A model generated the notes under the pieces. It did not search any database and had not been told where the DNA came from. It saw only the letters and a program-made list of their open reading frames with translations. Below, piece by piece: positions 41,853 to 51,284 of a DNA stretch of 64,000 nucleotides. Location of the stretch: NCBI GenBank assembly GCA_963822585.1, contig CAWGIE010000036.1, positions 160,001-224,000 of the forward strand, in the 5' to 3' direction. The first letter of the stretch is position 1, and each line of letters starts with the position of its first letter. The stretch is from an uncultured bacterium (GTDB lineage Bacteria; Auribacterota; Erginobacteria; Erginobacterales; Erginobacteraceae). A program made the translations under genes and the position numbers.

Positions 41853-42359
41853 TCACGGAAGCGCCGGGGACGGTCTCGGCGGAGACGGGGTGGCGGGGGG
41901 ATAATAGCCGCAGCCGATGTAGAGATTCTCTCCCGGAACCCTCATGATATAGGTTCTTTTCAGGCTCGGCTCTTCGGCCCCCGGTTTGGGCCACCTGTAT
42001 TCGACCCAGCCCGAGCCCGCTTCCGAAGCCACCTTGACGAACTCGACGATGAAGGAAAACATCTGGCTGTTCTTGAACGTACTCAGATCCGGCCCGACCA
42101 GGAGCGGTCGGTAGGGGTGGGCGGAGAGCGTGATCTTGTCGAGGGGCCCGGCAAAAAGATAAAAATCTCCGACGATAAAAGGACCGTCGGGATCGCCGAT
42201 GGCCCGGAGGGCCGCCGGGATCCCGGCAACCTGAGCCGTCTTAACTCCTTTCTCCACCAGGGCCTGAGCGGTGGCGGCATCGTCAGCCGGCGCCGGGAAC
42301 GAGAGCATGAATATCATCACCGTTGTCAGTACCGCGACCATTGTTGCTTTATGCCTCAT
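41853..42359 (-). CDS. Stand-alone exported single-Cache domain protein
   Basis: ATG 42359 preceded by GGAGG; signal peptide; AHPYRPLLVG, GSGWVEYRWPKPG...KRTYI...IGCGYY. Confidence 0.85.
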   Translation of the reverse strand: MRHKATMVAVLTTVMIFMLSFPAPADDAATAQALVEKGVKTAQVAGIPAALRAIGDPDGPFIVGDFYLFAGPLDKITLSAHPYRPLLVGPDLSTFKNSQMFSFIVEFVKVASEAGSGWVEYRWPKPGAEEPSLKRTYIMRVPGENLYIGCGYYPPATPSPPRPSPALP

Positions 42360-42463
42360 GCTCACCTCCCTCGGTTTTCTCCCGGTTTGAATCAAAGCCA
42401 AGGATACATCATCCGCAAAAACTGTCTTCATTTTACCCCGCGGGGAGAATCCGGGCAATAAAA

Positions 42464-42522
42464 TATTTCCACCTTGTTGGACAAAAAAGGCAAAGCCTTT
42501 TTTGTCCAACAAGGTGGAAATA
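42464..42522. repeat. Perfect 28-bp inverted repeat with a 3-nt loop
   Basis: TATTTCCACCTTGTTGGACAAAAAAGGC-AAA-GCCTTTTTTGTCCAACAAGGTGGAAATA. Confidence 0.9.
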
Positions 42523-42600
42523 ATTGGCTCCATCCCTGTCATACGCATTCCACCCGGGAGTAATCATCAATCTGGGCGGCACGTACTGGGCCCGTTGGTC

Positions 42601-43104
42601 TCACTCGGCGGGCGGGATGTGGAGCCACCAATCTCCCCTCTCATTTTCCGCTACCGCTTTGATCGCCTCAACGATCTGGGTGTAGCCGGTACAGCGGCAG
42701 AGGTTGCCGGAGATGGCGATCCGGATATCTTCTTCGGTGGGAGCCGGGTTCTGATCGAGAAGAGCGAGGGCGCTCATGATCATGCCCGGGGTACAGAAAC
42801 CGCACTGGACGGCCCCGTGATCGATAAAGGACTGCTGAAGGGGGTGAAGCCTCTTTTGATCGGAAAGGCCTTCAATGGTAACAACCTCGCGACCAGCACA
42901 CTGGCCGGCCAAGATCAGACAGGAATTGACGGCCTTCCCATCGAGAAGGACGGTACAGGCCCCGCACTCGCCGATCCCGCAGCCTTCCTTGGTGCCGGTG
43001 AGACGGAGTTCGTTTCGGAGAAGGTCGATCAGGCGCAGGTTAGGCCGAATTTTGAGGGAGTGTTTTTTACCGTTGATGGTAAGGTTGAGTTTAATCGTTT
43101 TCAT
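42601..43104 (-). CDS. Xanthine-oxidase family 2Fe-2S subunit
   Basis: GTKEGCGIGECGAC, QCGFCTPG, NLCRCTGY. Confidence 0.95.
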   Translation of the reverse strand: MKTIKLNLTINGKKHSLKIRPNLRLIDLLRNELRLTGTKEGCGIGECGACTVLLDGKAVNSCLILAGQCAGREVVTIEGLSDQKRLHPLQQSFIDHGAVQCGFCTPGMIMSALALLDQNPAPTEEDIRIAISGNLCRCTGYTQIVEAIKAVAENERGDWWLHIPPAE

Positions 43105-43227
43105 AGTAAACTATCAGGGAGCAGCACGGAATAGAAGGGATTAGCAGGGAGAAGGATGGAATAGCACGGAATAATACGGAACAGCACGGATATCACCCGC
43201 CTCTTTCCTGCTGCTCCCTGCTCATCC

Positions 43228-43449
43228 CTACTTCCACGTTCCTTCTTTAGCCATCTTTCCTACAGATGCAATTTGCCGTTTAAGGAGATAATCGGTTGTC
43301 CCGCATAATTTATCCAATTCCTGAAATTCTTCCTCGGTTATCAATTCATCTTCCAAACAGTCATCTACATCACCGGAGAGTTCATTTAAAGACGTTCTGC
43401 TGATTACCAAGTAGCGAAACTACAAGCCGTTTATAACCTATTGTTTCAT
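43228..43449 (-). pseudogene. Four-helix-bundle (23S rRNA intervening-sequence protein-like) gene with an internal deletion
   Basis: The N-terminal TIGYKRLV joins out of frame to FRYLVISRTSLNEL...ITEEEFQELDKL. The central NIAEG region is absent. It is flanked by 10-nt tandem repeats. Confidence 0.7.
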
Positions 43450-43475
43450 CCTTGCTCATCCCTGCTTTTCCATTC

Positions 43476-44354
43476 TCATCCCTGCTTCTCCCTGCTTTTC
43501 CACGCTTCCTTCAACGCCCTGGCTGTTAATGCCTCAATCACCGGCTTCTTGTAGGGTGTCGACCAGCGGACACCGGAGCGGGCGATCATCTCCCCGGAGA
43601 CCGCCTCCCCGGCCCGTCGAAAAAGCTCCTTAGAGGGCTTCCGGCCGATCAACAGCTTCTCGGCGGCAGCGATCCGTTCCGGCATCGGCGTCGTGCTGCC
43701 CGGAGAGATCCGCGCCTCGACGATAGTCTCACCGTCCAGAAACAGGATGACCGCCACGTTCATCCGGGAGATGGCGAGAGCATTTCGCCGGCCCAGTTTG
43801 ATAAAGGCGCTCCTGGCCTCCGGGGGAAGGCGACGGAATCGCACGGCCGTCAACATCTCGTCAGCACCGGCGTTGGTCTGATACGGCTTGACGTAGATCT
43901 CCGTAATCCCGACGACGCGTTCTCCTTTCTTGGACCGGAAGACCGCTTCGGCATCAAGCGCCACCAGAGCGGGAACACTGTCAGCCGCGGGGGAGGCGTT
44001 CATGATATTTCCGCCGATGGTGGCGATATTGCGATGCTGGGTAGCGCCGACGGTGGAGCAGGCCGATGCCAGGAGCGGTGCGTATTCCCGGATGACCGGA
44101 GAGGTGTGTATCTCCCAGTGGGTGGTCCCGGCCCCGATGGTGATGGTCCCGTCATCGTCCGTGATCCCCTTGATCTCGGCAATGGCGGAGATATCGAGGA
44201 GAGCGGTGGGGCCTTCCCCGCCGGAAGGGATCCCCCTCAATTCGACCAGGAGATCGGTCCCCCCGGCAATGATCTTTGACTCTCCGCCGGTCGCGGCCAG
44301 GAAATCCAACGCCGCATCGAGTGACTCGACCCTGACCAGGTTAAAGGCGATCAC
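43476..44354 (-). CDS. Xanthine-oxidase family FAD-binding subunit
   Basis: GTG 44354 overlaps the upstream TGA (GTGA). Motifs: IAGGTDL, RNIATIGGNIMNASPAAD, KLGRRNALAIS. Confidence 0.92.
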   Translation of the reverse strand: MIAFNLVRVESLDAALDFLAATGGESKIIAGGTDLLVELRGIPSGGEGPTALLDISAIAEIKGITDDDGTITIGAGTTHWEIHTSPVIREYAPLLASACSTVGATQHRNIATIGGNIMNASPAADSVPALVALDAEAVFRSKKGERVVGITEIYVKPYQTNAGADEMLTAVRFRRLPPEARSAFIKLGRRNALAISRMNVAVILFLDGETIVEARISPGSTTPMPERIAAAEKLLIGRKPSKELFRRAGEAVSGEMIARSGVRWSTPYKKPVIEALTARALKEAWKSREKQG

Positions 44355-46656
44355 CGCTCCCTCCTTTTCGTCTTCACCAGCTTGTGGCCGAGAACGATCC
44401 GCTCCAGGTTCAGGGGGAGATCGCGGATCCGGCGGCCGGTGGCATGGAAAACGGCATTGGCGATGGCGGGAGCGCATAGTTCCGCCGTCGGTTCGGCGAT
44501 GCACTTGGCGCCGTAAGGGCCGCACTTGTCCTCGTTCTCGATAATGAAAGAATGGATTTTGCCGACGTCCATCGCGGTCGGGATCAGGTATTCGTCCAGG
44601 TTCATGGTCTTGGTGACTCCGTCGACCAGTTCTACCTCCTCCAGGAGCCCGTAGCCGATGGCGGTAGCCACCCCGCCGCAGATCTGCCCCCGGACGGATT
44701 CCGGATTGATGGCCCGGCCGACGTCGTGAGCGGCCCAGACCTCGAGGACGTTCACTTTCCCGGTCTCGGGGTCGACCTCCACCTCGGCGATCTGGCAGCC
44801 GTACACGTAAGTGAAGTAAGCGTCACCTCTCCCCTCTTTTTCGTCCCACCAGATAGGGGGAGAGACATGCCAGGCAAATGATGACAGGTTCATCCCCGCG
44901 TCCAGGGCCAGTTTAATCGCTTCCCGGAAACTTACCGACCGAGCGGGATCGTCCCTGACCATAATCTTCTCGTCCGCTGCGATCAAACCGGCGGGGGGGA
45001 CCCCCAGTTTCTTCGCCGCGGCGGCACAGAGCTTTTCCCGGGCGTCAATCGCCGCCTTGCGGACGGCCGATCCGCCCATGATGGTGGAGCGGGATGCAAC
45101 GGTCGGACCGCCGTCAACGATAGTGGAAGTATCCGTCTCCTGATAACGGATGCGTTCAATCGGAAGACCGAGCTCTCCGGCCGCGATCTGGGAGAAAACG
45201 GTCTTCAGACCCTGCCCCATCTCGACCAGTCCGGTGGTGAGGTCGACCGAGCCGTCGGAGTGGATCCGCACGATCGCTCCGGTAGCATCGACCCCCTCCG
45301 CCCCCAGAGCCACCCCCCGATAGGAGCAGGCAAGACCGATCCCGCGCTTGAGGCGACGCCCCGCATTCTCCCCCGGGAAGCGTTTCCGCTTTTCATCCCA
45401 CCCGGCGGCACGGGTGGTAACGTCCAGGGCCTCGCCGACGCTGACGGTATGGTCCAGTTTCTGCCCGGTGGCGGTGATGTCATTGTCGCGGAGAATGTTC
45501 TTCTTCCTGAATTCGAAGCGGATCCATCTTCAGCTCTCCGGCGATCTCGTCCATCAAGGACTCGTAGGCGAAGGTGATCTGGGGGGAACCGAAGCCCCGA
45601 AAAGCGCCGGTATAGGTGTTATTGGTATACGCGCCGTAGATGTCGGTCCTGACATGGGGAACACGGTAAGGGACCGGTGGCATGGACGACCGATCTCCAG
45701 GTCACGAAAGGGGTCATGGAAGCATAAGCGCCACCGTCGGCCACGATTTTTATCTCCATGGCGGTGATGGCGCCGCCAGCTTTCACCCCCACCTTGTAAT
45801 CGAGGAAATACGGGTGACGTTTATAGCTCTCGACCAGGGAGTCCTCCCGGGTGTTGGAGAGCATGACCGGGCGCCCGGTTTTAAGAGCAAGGAGTCCCGC
45901 CCGGCAGCTCAGGACCGACATGCAGTCATCCTTGCCCCCGAAAGACCCCCCCAGAGAAGACTGAACGATTCTTACTCTGGAGAGAGGGAGGCCCAGAACA
46001 CCGGCCACGGCGGAACGGATGTTGAATATGCTCTGGTGGGATCCTTTTATAACCAGGGTCCCATCCGGTTCGACATCGGCTACCACTACCTCGGTTTCGA
46101 TGTAGGTATGATCGACCCGCTGGGTGGAGTATGACCGTTCGATAATCCGGTCGGCTTCGGCAAAACCTACCGCGACGTCTCCTTTCCGGGTCTTGTGATG
46201 GGCGATCAGGTTCCCGCCGGCGTGAATCTCGGGGGCGCCGGGCGCGAGGGCTTCCCGGGGGTCGAAAACAGGGGGAAGCTCCTCATAGGTGACCGTGATC
46301 AAAGCCACCGCCTTCTCCGCGATCTCCGGCGTCTCGGCGGCGACGACGGCCACCGCGTCGCCCCGGTAGCGGACCTTGTCCCCGGCGAGCGGTTGATTAT
46401 CGATGATGACCGCGCCGAAAGCACGGTTGCCCGGAATATCGGCGGCGGTGACCACGGCGACGACGCCCGTGAGCTTTTTCGCCCGGGCGGTATCCATTCT
46501 GACGATCCGGGCATGGGGATACCCGGCATGTTTCACTTTCGCGTACAGCATCCCATCCAGCCGGAGATCCTGCCCATAGCGGGCGGCGCCGGTCACCTTC
46601 TCCCGGGCGTCCACCCGGGGAGGGGAAGTGCCGATTATTTTTAAGTTACAGTTCAT
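44351..46656 (-). CDS. Xanthine-oxidase family molybdopterin-binding subunit (two +1 indels, near 45668 and 45517)
   Basis: DAREKVTG, GGSFGGKDD, (GPY)RVPHV, AFRGFGSPQ, EMGQG, TVASRST, GPYGAKCIAE. Confidence 0.9.
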
Positions 46657-46763
46657 CGGTTATTGCTGAAGTAAACAGTGACCAGTGATCAGTAATCAGT
46701 GGGCCAGCCGGCATCGCCGGCTACTGGTTACCGATTACCTATTACCGATTACTTTATTTCCTA

Positions 46764-49289
46764 TTAGTCCTCTTTCAGAGCTCTGGTTTCTTCCTCATCA
46801 CGGTCGCGGAGCGAGAGAGCGCCGGCGGGACAGAGGAAGGTGCACATTCCGCAGCCGATGCACTTCTCGGCGTCCGTCTCCGGGATCAGCTTATCATTGA
46901 GACTGATCGCCAGGTAGGGACAGTGGGTGCAGTTCCCACAGTGAACGCAGAGGTCCTCATCCACGCTGGAAATCTGCTTGATCGGGGTCAGCGCCATGAA
47001 ATCGCGGATCGGTTCCGGCAGCGCGATCCCGATCAGATCGGGGACGGATTTAATCCCCCGGGCGGCCAGCAGATGGCTCAGCCCCGAGCAGAGTTCATTG
47101 ATGATCCCGTAGCCGTATTTCTCCACGATGGTGCAGAACTGGACCGTTTTCACGCCCAGGGCCAGGAAATGGGCGGCGGCCATGTAGCCCATCGCCCCGC
47201 CGTTTCCGGAGACATGGACGTTGAGGTTGCCGACCTTGGCCAGGGTAAGATAGTTGATGGGAGCGACCGCGGCACCGCTCATCCCCACCACCGCGCCGTC
47301 TTCCCATTCCTCTTTGACCATCTCCCGGAAGTCGAGGCAGGGGAAGGTATTGCCGAGGGTAACACCGGCATTCTGTTTGGGATAACGGGCGAAGACTTCC
47401 TTGATGGCTTTGATGATGGTGGTGATCTCGGTCACCGCCGGGGTCAGCTTGAAGAGCTTGGGGATAGCGGGGTCGCTCACCTGGAGGACCCAATCGATGA
47501 TCTTGGCGGTCAGGGCGGCGTTCTGGGAAACGATATCACCCTCGGCTCCTTCGCCGCCCTGCGGGCAGGAGAGGCTGTATTCGACCACCATCGCCCCCGC
47601 ATTCTCCAGCATTTTCGTATTGCTCTGCCAGGACTTCATGTCGCTCTCGTCATTTCCGCTCACGTTCCCCCCGGTAGAAGCACCGGTGAGCCGGTCGGGG
47701 AATTCTTTGACCAGCCGCTCCACCTCCGGACATACCCGGTCGAGACGATGGCCGGAGACGTTGTCGCAGTTGGCGTAGGTATAAGGATCGAACTGATACA
47801 TATAAGCGGCGGGGATATGGATCTCAGTTCCGGGGGAGAACGCGGTCTTCATGATCCCGCCGGCCCACCCGGCCTCGTAAGCCAGTTTCATCTGTTCGTA
47901 ACCGTCACTGGGGGGAGCCGCTGAGAGCAGGAAAGGATTGATGATCTTTTTTCCGAAGAAGTCCGTCTCCAGTGAGACCGGGACCGGATCATAGCCAGGC
48001 AGTAAAACCTCGCTCTTGATCGGGTTCTCGATCACCGGCTCTTCTTCTTTCTGCAGGAAGGCGTCAATCTTCTCGGCGATATTCTTTCCCGACGCGACCG
48101 CTTCCACCACGGTGGTGGGACCATTGACGACATCCCCGGCATAGAAAACGGCCTGGTTCTTGATCCGGGGATAGCTTGACCGGTTCCCAACCGCGATAAT
48201 CACATGATCGACGTCCTGCAGCAGCTCCCCCACCCCTTTCCGGGCGGTAACGCACTGAAGACTGAAGCAGGCTTTGGGGGGGATAGTGACCTTGGTCACT
48301 TTGAGGGCTTTCACCTTCCCATCTTCGGCAATGATCGCCGTCACCTGGGAACGGCCGTTGACATCGACGCCTTCGGCGATCAGTTCCTTCCTCTCGTCAC
48401 CGGTGAGGGCCATTTCCCCGAAAGTTTCCAGGGCGAACATATCGACATAATCCGCTCCCCGTTTGGCCACGGTCACGGCGCAGTCGCAGGCGGTCGCGCC
48501 GCCGCCGATGACGGCAACCCGGCCCTTCATGGGGAAGGCGTCCGGGTCGAGAAGATAATCGAGCGCCGGGACGGCCATTTTCTCGTTGGGGATGCTCATG
48601 ACCACGGGTTCCCAGCGGCCGACCGCGACCAGCACGGCTTCATATCCCTGTTCCAAAAGAGAGGCCGGATCATCAACCGCCGAGCCGCACTTGAGCGATA
48701 TGCGTCCCAGGGAGAGAGCAAAATCGATATCAGCCTTCAGCACATCGGGGCGGAGACGGTAATCGGGAATACAGCGGACGACGCCGCCCGCTTCCCTTCC
48801 TTTCTCGAAGATATCGACCTGGTATCCCTTCCGGGCGAGCAGCGCGGCCGCTCCCAGGCCGGCCGGACCGGCGCCGATCACCGCCACTTTCCTGCCGTTG
48901 GCCTTTTCTTTCTCGAATACGGGCATAACGCCGAGCTGACGGGCCTTATGGATGATGGTGGCCTGAAGAGCGGGGATGTTGATCGGGGAATCGAGATTCT
49001 CGTGTACACAGGTCTGCATGCAATGCCGGTCGGGACAGACCAGCCCGCAGACCCCCCCGAAGGGATTGGCGGAAAGAATCAGGGCGGCGGCCCGTTGAAT
49101 ATCGGAAGGCTTCCCGCCCCGGGCGGCCATGATAAAATCCGGGGGGGAGACATTGGCCGGGCAGCCGTTCCCGCAGGTTTCACCCTCCAGGCAGCCGGTA
49201 CGGCAGGGCTGTTCCTCACAGTATTCGCATCTCCACAATTCATCTTCAAACTGGGCATCCGGCAGAATCAAATCTTCGGTCAACTTCAT
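46764..49289 (-). CDS. Single-chain dihydropyrimidine dehydrogenase-like flavoprotein (PreT/GltD-like + PreA/DHODH-like + 2x4Fe-4S)
   Basis: RCEYCEEQPC, NPFGGVCGLVCP, GAGPAG, GGGATA; INPFLLSAAPP, SCP, KLTP, NT; CVHCGNC and CIGCGMCTFLCP. Confidence 0.88.
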   Translation of the reverse strand: MKLTEDLILPDAQFEDELWRCEYCEEQPCRTGCLEGETCGNGCPANVSPPDFIMAARGGKPSDIQRAAALILSANPFGGVCGLVCPDRHCMQTCVHENLDSPINIPALQATIIHKARQLGVMPVFEKEKANGRKVAVIGAGPAGLGAAALLARKGYQVDIFEKGREAGGVVRCIPDYRLRPDVLKADIDFALSLGRISLKCGSAVDDPASLLEQGYEAVLVAVGRWEPVVMSIPNEKMAVPALDYLLDPDAFPMKGRVAVIGGGATACDCAVTVAKRGADYVDMFALETFGEMALTGDERKELIAEGVDVNGRSQVTAIIAEDGKVKALKVTKVTIPPKACFSLQCVTARKGVGELLQDVDHVIIAVGNRSSYPRIKNQAVFYAGDVVNGPTTVVEAVASGKNIAEKIDAFLQKEEEPVIENPIKSEVLLPGYDPVPVSLETDFFGKKIINPFLLSAAPPSDGYEQMKLAYEAGWAGGIMKTAFSPGTEIHIPAAYMYQFDPYTYANCDNVSGHRLDRVCPEVERLVKEFPDRLTGASTGGNVSGNDESDMKSWQSNTKMLENAGAMVVEYSLSCPQGGEGAEGDIVSQNAALTAKIIDWVLQVSDPAIPKLFKLTPAVTEITTIIKAIKEVFARYPKQNAGVTLGNTFPCLDFREMVKEEWEDGAVVGMSGAAVAPINYLTLAKVGNLNVHVSGNGGAMGYMAAAHFLALGVKTVQFCTIVEKYGYGIINELCSGLSHLLAARGIKSVPDLIGIALPEPIRDFMALTPIKQISSVDEDLCVHCGNCTHCPYLAISLNDKLIPETDAEKCIGCGMCTFLCPAGALSLRDRDEEETRALKED

Positions 49290-49460
49290 CTCTATTCCTC
49301 CGTAAATAATGATACGTTATTTCATATCGGTTCAAGGATCACCATGGAGTACTGGAGTGATGGGATGGTGGAGTATTGGGGGGCGACTCAGCTGCGGCGC
49401 ATTACTCCATCACTCCAATACTCCATCACTCCATTTTAAAATACCCCTGGGGGGAAAATC

Positions 49461-49489
49461 ATCTTAACAATACGAAATATCCGGGTCAA
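49461..49489 (-). promoter_or_regulatory. Sigma-70-type promoter for the DPD/Xdh operon
   Basis: TTGACC-N17-TAAGAT with an extended -10 TG on the minus strand. Confidence 0.55.
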
Positions 49490-49496
49490 GCGCCTA

Positions 49497-50714
49497 TTAC
49501 TCCACCTCGGGTTCGTCGATCAGAATGACCCGGGCCGTTGTTCCTTTCCGAAGGGGGCCCGCGTTCGGAGGAATAACCATCAGACCGTCGGCGAGAACGA
49601 GAGAACGGAGTATCCCCGACCCCTGAGGGCCGGTGGGGCGGACAAAATAGCCCCCCCCTTCCCTGCTCACGGAGACGCGCACCAGATGGGTCCGATCCGT
49701 TCTCTCATCGCAATCTTCCAGCAGAACCGCCTCCACTTCCGGCTTGTGGAGTTTCTTTTTCCCTTGCATCTTCAGGAGGGCCGGGCGGACAAACTGAAGG
49801 AATGAGACCAGGACCGATACCGGATTGCCGGGGAGGCTGAAGACGGGAACGCCGTTCACCACCGTGAAGGTGAGCGGCTTGCCCGGCTTCATCGCCACCT
49901 GCCGGATCAGAAGTTCCCCTCCCATCTCGCGAAGCGCTTCCCGGACCAGGTCGTATTTCCCGACCGATACCCCCCCGGAGGAGATCACCAGGTCGGTAGT
50001 GAGGGCGACACTGAATATTCTCTTCAGATCGTCCTTCCGGTCGGGAGCGATCCCGAGCGTGGCCGGGATGCCGCCGTATTGTCGGACGGCGGCGCCCAGG
50101 GAGTACCGGTTGCAGTCGCGGATCTTCCCGGGGAGAAGATCGTCCTCGATATTTTGCAACTCGTCGCCGGTACTGACAATCGTCACCCGGGGAGAAGGGA
50201 TGACAATAACGTGAGCGTAACCCAGCGCCGCCAGCATCCCGATCTCCGGGGGCCGGAGGGCAATCCCCGCCGGGAGAACGATCTCGCCTTTCCGGACGCT
50301 CTCGCCGGCTTCCCGGACGTTCACCCCCTTCGTTACCGGTCGCAGTATCTCCACCCCGGCACCGTCCCGGGTGTCTTCCACCATCACCACCGCGTCGGCC
50401 CCGGCCGGCAGCGGCGCCCCGGTCATGATCCGGATTGCCCGGCCTGCTTCCACCGTCTTTTGGGAGACCTGACCGGCCGGAAGATCCTCGATCACGGCCA
50501 GCGTGACCGGGGTTTCCGGGGAGGCGCCTCGGATATCGGCGGAGCGGACCGCGTACCCGTCCATGGCCGAATTGGCGAACGGAGGGATATTCTCCCGGGC
50601 GGCAATATCTTCCGCCAGTACGCGCCCCGGGCAGTCGGCAAGAGGCAGTGATGTGCTCTCCAGGGGCTGAATACGGCCCATGATTATTTGCAGCGCTTCT
50701 TCAATCGTGATCAT
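49497..50714 (-). CDS. moeA: Molybdopterin molybdo/tungstotransferase
   Basis: PPFANSAMDGYA, IMTGAPLP, STGDEL, SGGVSVG, KPGKP, LPGNPVS, QGSGIL. Confidence 0.96.
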   Translation of the reverse strand: MITIEEALQIIMGRIQPLESTSLPLADCPGRVLAEDIAARENIPPFANSAMDGYAVRSADIRGASPETPVTLAVIEDLPAGQVSQKTVEAGRAIRIMTGAPLPAGADAVVMVEDTRDGAGVEILRPVTKGVNVREAGESVRKGEIVLPAGIALRPPEIGMLAALGYAHVIVIPSPRVTIVSTGDELQNIEDDLLPGKIRDCNRYSLGAAVRQYGGIPATLGIAPDRKDDLKRIFSVALTTDLVISSGGVSVGKYDLVREALREMGGELLIRQVAMKPGKPLTFTVVNGVPVFSLPGNPVSVLVSFLQFVRPALLKMQGKKKLHKPEVEAVLLEDCDERTDRTHLVRVSVSREGGGYFVRPTGPQGSGILRSLVLADGLMVIPPNAGPLRKGTTARVILIDEPEVE

Positions 50715-51000
50715 TTTATTAATCAGCGCCTCCGGCGCTGCTTAATAGCGGCCCCCGATTGGTTCAATCGGGGGCTATCTGTTCACTCAGATATTACCAT
50801 CAAGTCTTTATTCTACAAAGGCTTCATAACCTCTTGAGATTTCTTATATTAATAATACGTTAACTAGTGCCCAAAAGATGCACAACTATTATTTTTCCGG
50901 AGAAAAACTAATAAAGCAGGAGAAACATTTTGCGATCTTCTATAGACTCTTGCCCGGCCACGTCGATTTGGACAACAGCCCCTTACGGCCAGATTTATTC

Positions 51001-51029
51001 TTGTCGCCCTGATTCCCATCCTGTACTAT
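51001..51029 (+). promoter_or_regulatory. Sigma-70-type promoter upstream of the riboswitch
   Basis: TTGTCG-N17-TACTAT, ending about 25 nt before riboswitch P1. Confidence 0.55.
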
Positions 51030-51055
51030 AGGACATCATACAGTAGGTCATACTG

Positions 51056-51154
51056 TCTCCGACTCTGTCTTCCCCGCCCCCTCATTGAGGGAAAGGAAAC
51101 AGAGCGATAGGGTTCGGCCGGAAACGGCCGCGCCTCCCGTGTTTGGAAAGGAGA
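51056..51154 (+). ncRNA. Moco RNA motif riboswitch, P3-less (tungsten cofactor-associated) variant
   Basis: P1 TCTCC/GGAGA; P2 CTCTGT/ACAGAG; then directly ATAGGGTT, CGGCCG-GAAA-CGGCCG and the hallmark GCCTCCCGTGTTTGGAAAGGAG. Context is moeA and wtpA. Confidence 0.88.
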
Positions 51155-51206
51155 TCAGCCTGGATGACGGGGAGTGTATGTTTCGGTCCCGGTCCCTGGC
51201 TAAATC

Positions 51207-51241
51207 AACCGATTTCTCCGCACGGGAGGATCGGTTTTTTT
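51207..51241 (+). terminator. Intrinsic terminator in the leader (riboswitch expression platform)
   Basis: AACCGATTTCTCC-GCAC-GGGAGGATCGGTT followed by a T-run, between the aptamer and GTG 51285. Confidence 0.75.
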
Positions 51242-51284
51242 CTTCTATTTTATTTCATGCCCCGCGAGGGGAAAGGAGGGAGAT

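Noticed and set aside
43228..43449. Diversity-generating retroelement (Avd-like protein)
   Set aside because: No reverse transcriptase and no template/variable repeat pair are visible, and the gene is a remnant.
23806..44525. N-terminal extensions in the ORF track (wza to 24081, 2Fe-2S to 40808, Cache to 42548, FAD subunit to 44525)
   Set aside because: They overlap upstream genes or palindromes. Downstream starts fit signal peptides, SD sequences or stop/start coupling better.
44351..46656. Selenocysteine read-through or natural subunit splitting of the Xdh large subunit
   Set aside because: The breaks are frame changes caused by single extra bases near 45668 and 45517, not in-frame TGA codons. 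Removing them restores conserved motifs.
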